A stretch of 64,000 nucleotides of DNA from Botryllus schlosseri (lineage: Eukaryota). The stretch spans positions 9,114,001 to 9,178,000 of the forward strand of contig CM119386.1 in assembly GCA_051294905.1 (NCBI GenBank), in the 5' to 3' direction. Positions 63,804-64,000 of the stretch are shown piece by piece; position 1 is the first letter of the stretch; every line of letters starts with the position of its first letter. Below the pieces are notes generated by a model, which had not been told where the DNA came from, made no database searches, and saw nothing but the letters and a program-made list of their open reading frames with translations. A program made the position numbers and the translations under genes.

Positions 63804-64000
63804 TGGCGGTACTATATGTCCTGTCCAATTGTCCTGGTGTGGGTACTGACAAAGTCGACCATACACGACACCTCGAAATATATGAAGTGCCATCTTTAGA
63901 TAGATTTAGATAGAAACTTGCATGTACGCGATTTCTCGTTGATTACACACAAATCGCCAGCTGCTGTTGAGATGATGTAAAGATCCGGTATGACTTATTA

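Noticed and set aside
57990-64000. Next PDE4 exon (FKRMLNREL) and catalytic domain
   Set aside because: Searched for by eye and not found; presumed to lie beyond the window.

Overview
Eukaryotic (animal) genomic DNA, roughly 40% GC by eye and CpG-rich. It is most consistent with an invertebrate chordate such as a tunicate; this is an inference and the species is not determinable here. Almost the whole window is the 5' half of one large + strand gene, a cAMP-specific phosphodiesterase 4 (PDE4/dunce family). Five shared exons encode UCR1, LR1 and the first half of UCR2 (41991-42176, 52221-52260, 54811-54893, 55054-55139, 57874-57989), and their splice phases chain into one open frame. The rest of UCR2 and the catalytic domain lie beyond the window. 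Upstream are at least three well-supported alternative first coding exons (8376, 20071, 39937), all ending in phase 2. Their C-terminal motifs match the isoform-specific N-termini of vertebrate PDE4D5/B3, PDE4D3/B4 and PDE4D4/A4 (vertebrate sequences recalled from memory, need BLAST confirmation). Further candidate first exons exist. An intronic promoter with a GC-box and three perfect CRE palindromes sits directly in front of the UCR2 exon, resembling the cAMP-inducible short-form promoters of mammalian PDE4B/D. The upstream region and introns contain at least seven families of non-autonomous hAT-type elements, most with matching 8-bp target-site duplications, and a tRNA-derived SINE family, one copy of which is flanked by a 77-bp direct repeat. 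Most entries in the ORF track are spurious. There are no prokaryotic features, CRISPR arrays or true tRNA/rRNA genes.
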